In this document: piece by piece, positions 10,015 to 18,908 of the stretch | Position numbering within the stretch: the stretch's first letter is position 1 | Layout: each line of letters opens with the position of its first letter | Assembly: GCA_913009335.1 (NCBI GenBank) | Contig: CAJVXN010000002.1 | Coordinates: 11,981-75,980, forward strand | Origin: an uncultured bacterium | Lineage (GTDB): Bacteria > Omnitrophota > Gorgyraeia > Ghiorseimicrobiales > Ghiorseimicrobiaceae | Reading direction: 5' to 3' | Length of the DNA stretch: 64,000 nucleotides | Made by a program: the position numbers and the translations under genes | The notes under the pieces: model-generated | The model's input: the letters and a program-made list of their open reading frames with translations, nothing else | What the model was told of the DNA's origin: nothing | The model's database searches: none

Positions 10015-10617
10015 TTATTTTTTATCCTCCTCTACCCTCGTTACTTTCATTATGATGTTTCCGCCGTCCGGGCATGTTACGGTATCAATTGAGTCCGGAT
10101 TATCCATAAAGGAAAACTTTGCTCCGAAATTAAGCGCAAAAAGCGCCGGGAACGCGGTATGAAATGCCGCTCCGCAAAATCCGGGGATACACTTAAGTCC
10201 GGTTGTCTCCCATTTATCTCCCATTTTATACCCAAAGTGACATTTACCTTTAGCCTTTACTATCTCAATTACCATCTTTTTTGGTTTTGGGCCCTTATGG
10301 TTCGGGTCCTTGGGGATATTTTGTATTTTATCGCTGTCCTTCTCGAATATTTCCGCTTTAAATTCAAGCTTTCCGCCGTCCGGGCATGTTACAAGTAATG
10401 AGCGTTGATTATCCCGAAATGGAAACTTTGCTCCGAAACTTAAAGCATAGATTACGGGAAATAATACGTGCGCAAGCCCCAAGCAAAAATACTTTGGCGG
10501 ATGGGTAAAATCTTCTAGGATTAATTCATCACCTTTTTTATACCCGTGGTAGCAGTGCCCGTAGACATTTTCAACGGTGAGTTTTAATCTGGGAAATGGC
10601 GTATCAGGCTTTGACAT
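10015..10617 (-). CDS. tandem-duplicated TIGR04076-like domain protein
   Basis: Two ~95-aa repeats, each with a GxCxHGYKxGD ... FGAKFxFxDN ... VTCPDGG pattern. Confidence 0.4.
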   Translation of the reverse strand: MSKPDTPFPRLKLTVENVYGHCYHGYKKGDELILEDFTHPPKYFCLGLAHVLFPVIYALSFGAKFPFRDNQRSLLVTCPDGGKLEFKAEIFEKDSDKIQNIPKDPNHKGPKPKKMVIEIVKAKGKCHFGYKMGDKWETTGLKCIPGFCGAAFHTAFPALFALNFGAKFSFMDNPDSIDTVTCPDGGNIIMKVTRVEEDKK

Positions 10618-10625
10618 AAGATCTC

Positions 10626-11633
10626 CTAATTATTAATAAATTCTTTCGTTTCTTTAATTAATTCTTTTTTCGTGAAAAATCGTTTTGTATCTTCGACTTC
10701 ATAGACCATGGCAATTAGTTTGTCGTTTAGGCCGGCGGATAAGTTATTTGCCTTGGCTAGTCTTACAAATTCTCCGTTTATGTAATTGATTTCTGATTTT
10801 CGGTTTCTTTTTATGCTTTGTAGTATTGAGCCGTATAGGGGTTCTTTGCTTAGATTGGACATAATTTGCGAATATGTTTTTGCTGCATTACGTAGTGGTA
10901 TGGATGTGAGTTTGGTTACGCGCTCAACAGGAAAATCAGGTAGTGAAACTAGCTTCACATTTGCCGTTTCTACGATATTCAGCCCTTCTTTCCAGATGCT
11001 TATCGCTATAGCGCTGATATCGATATTGCGAAAGGCCTCCTGCATGCTGATGCCTAGTATTGCCGCAATGCAGTTATTTGCATTTACGAATATTTTCAAG
11101 TATTTCATTGCTTTGATATCATCGCTTATTACTACGTTAAATGCGTCATTGATTGTTTTCTTTATATCATCTATGTCTTTATCGGCTTTTGTTCCAAGTT
11201 TACCGATTATCCAGCTTCCTTCAAAGTTGTGTACTATCTTACCGGAATATAGGCAAGTTGCCCCAAACATTACAATGCTGGATATGATATTATCTTCTGG
11301 TATGTAGTCGGCCACAATATTGTCCGTTTCCACACCGTTTTGAGTAGTCATGATAAGAGAGTTTTTAATAAAATCAAAATTATCTTTTATTGCGGATTCG
11401 ATATCCTGGGTTTTAGTAGTAAGTATCACTAAATCCGGCTGATATATTAATTTTTCATGCGCCTCAATTTTTATATTTAGCTTTCCTTTTACGCCGGAAA
11501 TAATAAGGCCCTCTTGATTTATTCTACCAACCGATTCTTTACGTGCGGCTAGAGTTACATCACTCCCATTTAATTTTAGATATCCGGCAACAAGTCCACC
11601 GATAGCACCCGCGCCGATTACTGTAATTTTCAC
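10626..11633 (-). CDS. 2-dehydropantoate 2-reductase family (ApbA/PanE-like) oxidoreductase
   Basis: N-terminal Rossmann motif MKITVIGAGAIGG and KPR-family length. Confidence 0.55.
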   Translation of the reverse strand: MKITVIGAGAIGGLVAGYLKLNGSDVTLAARKESVGRINQEGLIISGVKGKLNIKIEAHEKLIYQPDLVILTTKTQDIESAIKDNFDFIKNSLIMTTQNGVETDNIVADYIPEDNIISSIVMFGATCLYSGKIVHNFEGSWIIGKLGTKADKDIDDIKKTINDAFNVVISDDIKAMKYLKIFVNANNCIAAILGISMQEAFRNIDISAIAISIWKEGLNIVETANVKLVSLPDFPVERVTKLTSIPLRNAAKTYSQIMSNLSKEPLYGSILQSIKRNRKSEINYINGEFVRLAKANNLSAGLNDKLIAMVYEVEDTKRFFTKKELIKETKEFINN

Positions 11634-11643
11634 GCATTACTCC

Positions 11644-11901
11644 TTATTTACCAAATCCATATTTTTTATAATCAAATCCGCTTTTTTCAAGCAGCCGGAC
11701 CATCATGCTATAGAAAGGCGAGGGTACATCAGAAAAAAACGCGTTAATTATATCTTCTTCATCTACTTCCCCTGCTTTGCGCGCTAGAGCATTTTCTTCG
11801 GCTTTTTTGGTTACGACACTTTCTGTAATTCTGCGATGAAAAACAGGAATTTTTTCAATCATGGATTTAAACTTTGCCTCAACCTCATTGTTCCATTTCA
11901 T
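11644..11901 (-). CDS. PCP_red-like domain protein (protochlorophyllide-reductase C-terminal-like small domain)
   Basis: Pattern W..EAE..F....IP.F.RR.....KAEE.A...G characteristic of the small PCP_red domain. Confidence 0.4.
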   Translation of the reverse strand: MKWNNEVEAKFKSMIEKIPVFHRRITESVVTKKAEENALARKAGEVDEEDIINAFFSDVPSPFYSMMVRLLEKSGFDYKKYGFGK

Positions 11902-11921
11902 TCTTTTTGCTCCTTATACGA

Positions 11922-12131
11922 TTAAAAATATCTAATGACTTCTAGCGGCTTTAATAATTGATTGATAAGAGTATTTTCTTTTTTACCTTTTTGGTATTTT
12001 TCTAAAGATATCTCGCTGCGGTAGAAGTGCCGTTTTAATTCTGTCGCATTGCCTGGCAGCATCTTGTTTGCTTTATAGATATAGATAGATATGTAAATAA
12101 TAAATAAAACCAGAAGTATTTTCTTTAGCAT
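11922..12131 (-). CDS. small membrane protein, hypothetical
   Basis: 69 aa with one N-terminal TM helix. Supported only by the ORF and gene spacing. Confidence 0.3.
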   Translation of the reverse strand: MLKKILLVLFIIYISIYIYKANKMLPGNATELKRHFYRSEISLEKYQKGKKENTLINQLLKPLEVIRYF

Positions 12132-12151
12132 TTTTATTCCTCCTCATTAAC

Positions 12152-13633
12152 TTATGCAAACCAAGAAGTAACCAAAGATTTACCTGTCGGGTTTAGATCG
12201 ATGTTTACATGTTTGGTCTCTGTGTATTCCAGAAGCCCTTCCTTACCTAGCTCGCGTCCGATGCCGCTTTCTTTGTATCCGCCGAATGGCGCTTCATTAT
12301 AGAAACCGCCGAAGGTATTAATCCATACTGTGCCGGAGAGCATTTGCTTAGCTATTCGGTTTGCGCGGTTTAAGTTTTTTGTCCAGACCATGCTTGCTAA
12401 TCCAAATCTGGTATCATTGGCGATTGCTATTGCATCTTGTTCTTTTGTGAATTTAATTATTGATAGTACGGGGCCGAAAATTTCTTCTTGGGCAATACGC
12501 ATGTTGTTTGTAACATTTGCAAATATTGTCGGCTCAAGATAAAATCCTTTTTCTAATTCTCTATCTTCAGGGATATTCCCGCCGTAAAGAAGCTTTGCCT
12601 CTTTTTTACCTATTTCTATGTAATTAATAATAGATTTTCTGTGTTCTTTTGATATGATTGGCCCAAAATCCGTATCAGAGGCAAGGGCATTTCCGATTTT
12701 TAACTTTTTGGTTTTATCAAGCAGCAGTTCTACAAATTTATCGTATATTTTATCTTCCAGGATAAGCCGTGAACCGGCAACGCACATCTGTCCCTGATTC
12801 ATGAATATTGCGCTCATCGCTCCCCCGACTGCTGCTTCTAAGTCGCAATCGGCAAATACTATGTTGGGGCTTTTACCGCCTAATTCCAGGCATACCTTTT
12901 TGGTGTTTTCTGAGGCGAGCTTCATAACCTCGCGACCGGCTGCATTTCCTCCTGTGAAAGAAATCATATTTACTAGTTTGTTTTTTGAAAGTGTCCTGCC
13001 TACTTCATCGCCTTTGCCAGTTACGATATTTACTACTCCCTGCGGTAATTCTATTCTTTCGAATATCTTGGCTAATTCCAGGCATGTTAAGGATGCAAGT
13101 TGTGAGGGTTTAAAGATAACGCTATTTCCCATTATAATAGCGGGGGCAATTTTCCATGCAGCCATTAGCAGTGGGTAGTTCCAGGGTATGATTTGACCTA
13201 TTACGCCTATTGGCTCACGTAATGTGAAGCTAAAGGCCGGATTGTGTATAGGTATGGTTTCACCTTTAATACTTGTCCCAGCAGCTGCGAAATATTCAAA
13301 AGCCGATGCCGCTGTCGGGATATCAATAAAAGTTGTCTGCTTTGTGGTTTTTCCGGTATCTTTTGATTCAAGATTCGCTAAATTATATGCCTCTTCTCTG
13401 ATTATTTGCGCGATTTTGTATAAGTACTGGGCACGTTCAGCAATGGGCATTTTAGGCCACTCGCCCGTATCAAAAGCCTTCCTTGCTGAGCCAATAGCAG
13501 TTTCAGTATCAAGGGTTGTTGCTTGTGGATATGCCGCGATGGTCTCGTTTGTTGAGGGGTTGATGCTTTCTATTTTCTTTTTATTGCTGCTGTCTACCCA
13601 TTTACCATCGATGTACATCTTATATTCATTCAT
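12152..13633 (-). CDS. NAD(P)-dependent aldehyde dehydrogenase
   Basis: ELGGKSP and catalytic-Cys (QGQMCVAGSR) motifs. The start is reassigned to ATG at 13633 (MNEYKMYIDGKWV, with GGAG RBS), because the longer ORF runs into the tandem repeat. Confidence 0.8.
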   Translation of the reverse strand: MNEYKMYIDGKWVDSSNKKKIESINPSTNETIAAYPQATTLDTETAIGSARKAFDTGEWPKMPIAERAQYLYKIAQIIREEAYNLANLESKDTGKTTKQTTFIDIPTAASAFEYFAAAGTSIKGETIPIHNPAFSFTLREPIGVIGQIIPWNYPLLMAAWKIAPAIIMGNSVIFKPSQLASLTCLELAKIFERIELPQGVVNIVTGKGDEVGRTLSKNKLVNMISFTGGNAAGREVMKLASENTKKVCLELGGKSPNIVFADCDLEAAVGGAMSAIFMNQGQMCVAGSRLILEDKIYDKFVELLLDKTKKLKIGNALASDTDFGPIISKEHRKSIINYIEIGKKEAKLLYGGNIPEDRELEKGFYLEPTIFANVTNNMRIAQEEIFGPVLSIIKFTKEQDAIAIANDTRFGLASMVWTKNLNRANRIAKQMLSGTVWINTFGGFYNEAPFGGYKESGIGRELGKEGLLEYTETKHVNIDLNPTGKSLVTSWFA

Positions 13634-13667
13634 CTTATTCTCCGTAACTTCAGATTTTATATTAACC

Positions 13668-13690
13668 TTTGTACACCTACGAGGTGTACA
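13668..13690. promoter_or_regulatory. perfect 9-bp palindrome TGTACACCT-acg-AGGTGTACA, 35-55 nt upstream of the ALDH start (candidate operator)
   Basis: Read directly; position relative to the RBS and start codon. Confidence 0.4.
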
Positions 13691-13696
13691 TGGTTT

Positions 13697-14054
13697 ATTC
13701 AGCACATTCTCCTAAGCAAACTAAGACCATCTTCGATGATTTTAGTTTAGGAATCAGTACTAATTCGGAAGTATAACTTATATCGCTCTTTGAGCTCTAT
13801 AAGTTATGTCCTCATTCAGCACATTCTTCTAAGCAAACTAAGACCATCTTCGATGATTTTAGTTTAGGAATCAGTACTAATTCGGAAGTATAACTTATAT
13901 CGCTCTTTGAGCTCTATAAGTTATGTCCTCATTCAGCACATTCTCCTAAGCAAACTAAGACCATCTTCGATGATTTTAGTTTAGGAATCAGTACTAATTC
14001 GGAAGTATAACTTATATCGCTCTTTGAGCTCTATAAGTTATGTCCTCATTCAGC
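13697..14054. repeat. tandem repeat, 3.06 units of 117 bp, >95% identical; each unit carries two hairpins (AAACTAA...TTAGTTT and ATAACTTATA...TATAAGTTAT)
   Basis: Unit starts at 13697, 13814, 13931 and 14048, read directly. The last partial unit overlaps the stop region of the 14046-15044 gene. Confidence 0.85.
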
Positions 14055-15044
14055 CGGGGCTAACTTCCAAAGGTCAAATATGCGGTTAAACGGCGCATAC
14101 CACCGGGACAGTTTTGCCATATCCCCTTTTAATTTAAGCTTGCGTTGTGTTGTGGCCGCAAACGGGTCCAATTTCCTGCTAAAAACAAGTCTCCAGTAGA
14201 CTATGGATCCGGATATTACAAACTCTGCCGTTTCGTCATTGGTTACTTTATCAATGTTTCCTTTATTAAAATGAAAGTTATATACCTTATTTTCTTCATC
14301 TACCTTTATAGCGAGTCTAGTAGTTAAGTCCAGGCTCTTCCCTTTTTCTTTTATCTGGCTATCGTTATTAACCAGGCTTACGATTTTATCAATATGCTCT
14401 TTTGAGAAAAGTTTGTATTTTTTTAATTCTTCACTGGGGTCATCTGTTTTCGGTAAATCTACTTTGTCCTTTTGTGGATTTGATTGTAAGGCAATATTTA
14501 CCTTGCAGGTTTCATCCAGCATTTGGGTTAAAGAAAATGCCTGCTTGAAGTCTGAGCCTATTGATACAATACCGTGTCTTTTAAGGACAACAATGTTACT
14601 GGTTTCCAGGGCTTTTAATACGGGCTTGACGTTAGTTACTATGGGCCCGTCTTGCTCAAGTGCGGTTATATTGGAGAGATAAAGGCGCGCTTCAAAGTTA
14701 TTAATTTCTAAATTTTTAAAATTAGAATAAAACGCGGTAGTAAACGCGGGATGCGCGTGTATTACCGCGTTGACCTCTTCAAATTTATACGCGCCTAAGT
14801 GAAGGGCTAGTTCGCTTGTGGGTTTAGAGTCGTTTTTATCTAAAACATTTCCTGATTTATCGATTAAAACTATTTCATCCTCTTCCAGGTATCCTAAGTA
14901 GGCATTATGGGTAGTGACTAAAAATTTATCTTTATCTACCCTTACGGATATATTACCTACCGGGCCACAGACAAAGGATCTGTTGGCTAGTTCTTTGGCC
15001 CAGAATAGTATCTCATCTCGTTTATCTTTGTATAGGGTTTTCAT
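14046..15044 (-). CDS. class II aldolase/adducin-family protein (MtnB-like) fused to a C-terminal SCP2-like domain
   Basis: HAHP metal-binding motif (VIHAHPAFTTAF). C-terminal KLKLKGDM...L pattern typical of SCP2. Confidence 0.5.
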   Translation of the reverse strand: MKTLYKDKRDEILFWAKELANRSFVCGPVGNISVRVDKDKFLVTTHNAYLGYLEEDEIVLIDKSGNVLDKNDSKPTSELALHLGAYKFEEVNAVIHAHPAFTTAFYSNFKNLEINNFEARLYLSNITALEQDGPIVTNVKPVLKALETSNIVVLKRHGIVSIGSDFKQAFSLTQMLDETCKVNIALQSNPQKDKVDLPKTDDPSEELKKYKLFSKEHIDKIVSLVNNDSQIKEKGKSLDLTTRLAIKVDEENKVYNFHFNKGNIDKVTNDETAEFVISGSIVYWRLVFSRKLDPFAATTQRKLKLKGDMAKLSRWYAPFNRIFDLWKLAPAE

Positions 15045-15436
15045 GATATTACCTCATTTTGTGGTTTTAGGGTCTTAATTTTTTTTATGCTTACTCTTTT
15101 ACCTAAAAATGTTGATGCGTCTTTATCGGTCAGGGGCATTTTTTTAAGTTGGCCCGCATTAGTTATTTCTACCGGAATTTTATGGAAGTCCGCGAGTATT
15201 TTTACCCCTAAAGCGCCCGGTAGAAAAATATTCCCGTTTGTTTTAAACAGGTATACTTTTTTAATATGCCGCATAAAGAATAAATGCCCTAACGCGCTAT
15301 CGCAGATAAGCGTTGATTTCATCTTTTTCTTTTTTAGTTCTTTCGCCAATATTTTCGCGCCAAATAGGCTTGGCCGCGTTTCACAAAATAATATATTTTC
15401 TTTTTTGTGCCTGGCGTAAAAATCTCTATCCGGCAT
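15041..15436 (-). pseudogene. eIF-2B/MtnA-family C-terminal fragment (truncated paralogue of the adjacent mtnA; possible pseudogene)
   Basis: FCETRPSLFGAKI...LICDSA...NIFLPGALGVKILADFHKIPVEI aligns with the C-terminal half of the MtnA/eIF2B fold. The ORF-track start at 15538 lies inside the repeat element; the internal ATG at 15436 is the likelier start. Confidence 0.4.
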
Positions 15437-15462
15437 TCCGTATATTAGTGTGTAAGTTTTTA

Positions 15463-15587
15463 CCCCGTTAGAGATAGGTCGTCTTTCCGACGACCGTTTA
15501 TTAGTATTAGATTTATTAGCTACGCGTTTCTTTTTCATAATTGATCCGTATTTTTATAAATACGTATAATAGTTATCTCTAACGGGG
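15463..15587 (+). repeat. TIR-bounded intergenic repeat element, copy 3 (hairpin GGTCGTC-TTTCC-GACGACC)
   Basis: Same TIRs. Lies between the mtnA stop and the eIF2B-like fragment. Confidence 0.8.
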
Positions 15588-15594
15588 TTAAGTT

Positions 15595-16590
15595 TTACCA
15601 TTTTTTTGCAAATTCCTCCGGAGTATATATACGGTCAAAAAATATTAGCCCGTTTATCAGATAATTAGGCACAACATCAAAAGCAGGATATATCGCGTCT
15701 TGATTGCCGGAGGTTATACGCGTGTTGCGGAATTTCAGCATTTCTTCTTTTGGCCGGTATTCGATTTTTATATCTTTGATAGTTTTTGTTTGGCCGGGGG
15801 GCTGAACAAAAGAGTAAAACGGTATCCCGAAATGCCTGCTTAGCACCGCTAACTGGTATGTCCCTATTTTATTTACAATATCGCCTTGTTGTGTTGAGCG
15901 GTCCGATCCGACAAGAACCATGTCTATGCGGCACCTTTTTAATATGTCCGCGGCTTGAATATCGCATAAAAGATATATATTAATGCCGGCTTGATGTATC
16001 TCCCACGCGCTCAGGCGTGAACCTTGGAAATAAGGACGGGTTTCAGTTACAAAAAATTCTATTGCTTTACCCATTTTTTGCGCTTCCGCTGCGACAGCTA
16101 CGAGTTCACCGGATACATTGCAGTGGGTTAGAATCTTAGCAGAATTAGGCAGCATGTTTGCCACCAGCTTTGCGCGATACCTGCGGGCGTTCTGTACGGA
16201 ATTTATATATGTAAAGACAGAATTTTTAAGAGATTCGATAAAAACAGCATTATTTGTGTTTTTTAGCATCTTTAGTAGTTCGCTTTGTAATTGAGTAAAT
16301 GCAAATGTGGGACGTGCTGCGGCAAACTTTTTAGTTATTGACCCTGAAAGTTTAGTGAATTTAGAAAGCGAATTTATCTTTTTATTCTTCGCCTCTAGAA
16401 TTAATATATAGTAAAAAAGGAGCACTTGTCCAAATGCGCGCGTTTTCATACTTTTTAATACAGAGACGGCACCTTTTAAGTTTTTGACTTTTATGCGTGT
16501 TTCTTTAAACGGCAGGGCGGTTTCATCCAGCACGGATATGTGTCCGCCTTTGTAAGCAACCGGATTAAAAAGTGGTGATTCGGCTATCAT
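15595..16590 (-). CDS. mtnA: S-methyl-5-thioribose-1-phosphate isomerase (eIF-2B family)
   Basis: TETRPYFQGSRLSAWE and VNKIGTYQLAVLSRHFGIPFY motifs. Confidence 0.7.
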   Translation of the reverse strand: MIAESPLFNPVAYKGGHISVLDETALPFKETRIKVKNLKGAVSVLKSMKTRAFGQVLLFYYILILEAKNKKINSLSKFTKLSGSITKKFAAARPTFAFTQLQSELLKMLKNTNNAVFIESLKNSVFTYINSVQNARRYRAKLVANMLPNSAKILTHCNVSGELVAVAAEAQKMGKAIEFFVTETRPYFQGSRLSAWEIHQAGINIYLLCDIQAADILKRCRIDMVLVGSDRSTQQGDIVNKIGTYQLAVLSRHFGIPFYSFVQPPGQTKTIKDIKIEYRPKEEMLKFRNTRITSGNQDAIYPAFDVVPNYLINGLIFFDRIYTPEEFAKKW

Positions 16591-17336
16591 TTTTTCTCTC
16601 TAATTTTGATTGTTTCAAGGGCTACCTGGATAATTTTTTGCTCGCCTTCGTAATAGTCCATATTCGTAAAACCCATTTCTCCTGTGATTACATTATCGGA
16701 TACGGCAAGTATCGCGGCAGCTTTGGAGTTATTGAGTTGGGCGATAGTTAGAAAACTTGATGAAACCATATCTACCGCAATTGCCCCCAGGGATATGTAT
16801 TTTTCAACGATTTCTTTGGTTTCACGTAATAAAGCATCAGTTGTCCATATTGGCCCTTTGTGGTAGCGTACGCCTAATTTTTCTGCCGCCTCAACAAGGC
16901 TTTGTGTCAGTTCTTCGTCTGCGGCTGTTTTGAAGGAATCTTCGACATAATAAGGGGTTACCCCATCTCCGCGTATTATATCGGTTGCGATAATAATATC
17001 GCCGATTTTAATATCGTCTCGTAAGGCACCGCAGGAGCCGGTACGGATAAGATTTCCTACTCCGCCATTTGTGAGGATTTCCGAGCTAATTGCACTATCT
17101 GCGGAGTATCTACCGCCGTTACCGACTGTTACTTTTGTGCCTAAGAAATCTCCGGAATAGAAAGTATATTCCATGAAAGAAAAATTGCGCACCGGTTCTT
17201 TTATGTGTTTTAAGATGGCATCGCGCCTATCAACAGGACCCGGGACTATTGCGTAGTTTCCGAAGTCACCAGGCTTTATTTGAAGCATTCCCAGTAATTC
17301 TTTTGCGGTTAAATGGATGTCTTTTTTCATGTTCAT
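16587..17336 (-). CDS. purine nucleoside / 5'-methylthioadenosine phosphorylase family (PNP_UDP_1)
   Basis: DeoD/MTAP-like sequence. Genomic context with mtnA. Confidence 0.55.
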   Translation of the reverse strand: MNMKKDIHLTAKELLGMLQIKPGDFGNYAIVPGPVDRRDAILKHIKEPVRNFSFMEYTFYSGDFLGTKVTVGNGGRYSADSAISSEILTNGGVGNLIRTGSCGALRDDIKIGDIIIATDIIRGDGVTPYYVEDSFKTAADEELTQSLVEAAEKLGVRYHKGPIWTTDALLRETKEIVEKYISLGAIAVDMVSSSFLTIAQLNNSKAAAILAVSDNVITGEMGFTNMDYYEGEQKIIQVALETIKIREKK

Positions 17337-17340
17337 TTTA

Positions 17341-18840
17341 TTAGCTCCTTGTTAATGCTGTTTTATCTATTTTTCCTGTACGGTTTTTAGGGAAAGTATC
17401 TACGAATTTAACTGTCTGCGGAACTTTAAATTGCGCTAAATGCTTCTGGCAGAATATTCTTAACTTGCTTTCGGATAAATCACTCTCCTTGTCCTTGATC
17501 ACAAAGGCTTTGATTGCTTCCCCTCTTAATTTATCAGCAATACCGATAACAGCTGCCTCTACTACATCTTTGTGCTTATGAATTACAGCTTCGACCTCCG
17601 GCGCGTAAACAAGCTGTCCGGATATTTTTATCATTTCTTTTTTTCTGTCGACAATATACAGAAACCCATCTTTATCAAATCTGCCTAGATCGCCCGTGTA
17701 AAACCAGTTATTTTTTATTACTCGGGATGTTTCCTCGGGGTTTTTATAGTATTCTTTCATGATCACCCAGCTTTTTAGGGTAATCTCCCCTATGGTATTC
17801 TGAGGAAGTTCTTTATCCTTATCATCGACGATTCTAATATCAATCCATGGTGCGGGCTTACCCACACTTTTAATATTCTTACTTCCTAAAGGAATAACGG
17901 TATTCGGCGGGCATGTTTCTGTTAGCCCCCAGCCGTTTAAAAGATGTGTTTTAGGGCAGTATTCTTGAAAGCGCTTGAGCGCGTCAGGCGCGCTTGGAGC
18001 TCCGAAAACTACCATCCAGCGCAGGCTGGAAAGATCATACTTTTCGAATTCCTTTAATTGTAATATCGCATAATACATTGAGGGTACTATATGAAAACAG
18101 GTAACTTTATATTTAGCAATGTTTTTTAAAAATTCCAAAGGTGAGAACCTTTCCATAAGCACGAGCGTGATATTGTAGATAATGCAATTTTGAAGATAGA
18201 TTAATCCCGCGCTATGTGAAAGCGGCAGAGGACAAAGCTTAGTGTCTTTTTCAGTTAAGTCAACGAAGTATTTCATGGCTTCAGGAGAGCCGGATAGGTG
18301 CCGGTAGCTTAATAATACTCCTTTTGGGTTACCGGATGTCCCTGAGGTATATAATATTAGTGAATTATCGTCTTGGGATATCGCAGGCTCCGTAAATTTA
18401 GGCTCCGCGTTATTTAATATTTCACTGAATTTTAAAAAGTCCCGCTTTTCATTATCGATGAGGATGATTTTTTCTAATGATTTAATTTTATTCTTTAGTT
18501 CTTTAAGCGGGATATTTGCTTTATACTTGGTAATAAGGATTTTGGCCCCTGAATGGTTTAGGCATGATACAATCTCCTCCTCCTTGAGCATGAAATCCAG
18601 AGGGATAACACATAACCCCAGACAAAATGCGGCAAGATAGCTGTATACATACTGCGGGCAATTGGGTAGATATATTGCAATTTTATCCTGAGCTTTTATG
18701 CCTAATTTTTCTAATCCTGCGGCAAGTTGAAAAGCGGCATTTTTTAGCCCAACGGATGTTATTGTTTCATCCTTAAATATTAACGCAGGTTTATCGGGAG
18801 ATCCGGCAGCATTTCTAGCTAATAATTGTTTTGTATTCAT
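17341..18840 (-). CDS. AMP-dependent synthetase/ligase (acyl-CoA synthetase-like)
   Basis: YTSGTSGNPKGV AMP-binding motif, 499 aa. Confidence 0.75.
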   Translation of the reverse strand: MNTKQLLARNAAGSPDKPALIFKDETITSVGLKNAAFQLAAGLEKLGIKAQDKIAIYLPNCPQYVYSYLAAFCLGLCVIPLDFMLKEEEIVSCLNHSGAKILITKYKANIPLKELKNKIKSLEKIILIDNEKRDFLKFSEILNNAEPKFTEPAISQDDNSLILYTSGTSGNPKGVLLSYRHLSGSPEAMKYFVDLTEKDTKLCPLPLSHSAGLIYLQNCIIYNITLVLMERFSPLEFLKNIAKYKVTCFHIVPSMYYAILQLKEFEKYDLSSLRWMVVFGAPSAPDALKRFQEYCPKTHLLNGWGLTETCPPNTVIPLGSKNIKSVGKPAPWIDIRIVDDKDKELPQNTIGEITLKSWVIMKEYYKNPEETSRVIKNNWFYTGDLGRFDKDGFLYIVDRKKEMIKISGQLVYAPEVEAVIHKHKDVVEAAVIGIADKLRGEAIKAFVIKDKESDLSESKLRIFCQKHLAQFKVPQTVKFVDTFPKNRTGKIDKTALTRS

Positions 18841-18908
18841 GAGATTATAGTAAAATTTGACTATCTAAATAATAGTAAAATTTTACTAAATATTTACCAA
18901 TAAGTCAA

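Noticed and set aside
13224-13715. Plus-strand 163-aa ORF and the 5' extension of the ALDH ORF (MLNKPCTPRRCTKVNIKSEVTENK)
   Set aside because: The extension runs into the tandem repeat. The internal ATG with a GGAG RBS fits the ALDH N-terminus. The plus-strand ORF is antisense to the ALDH gene.
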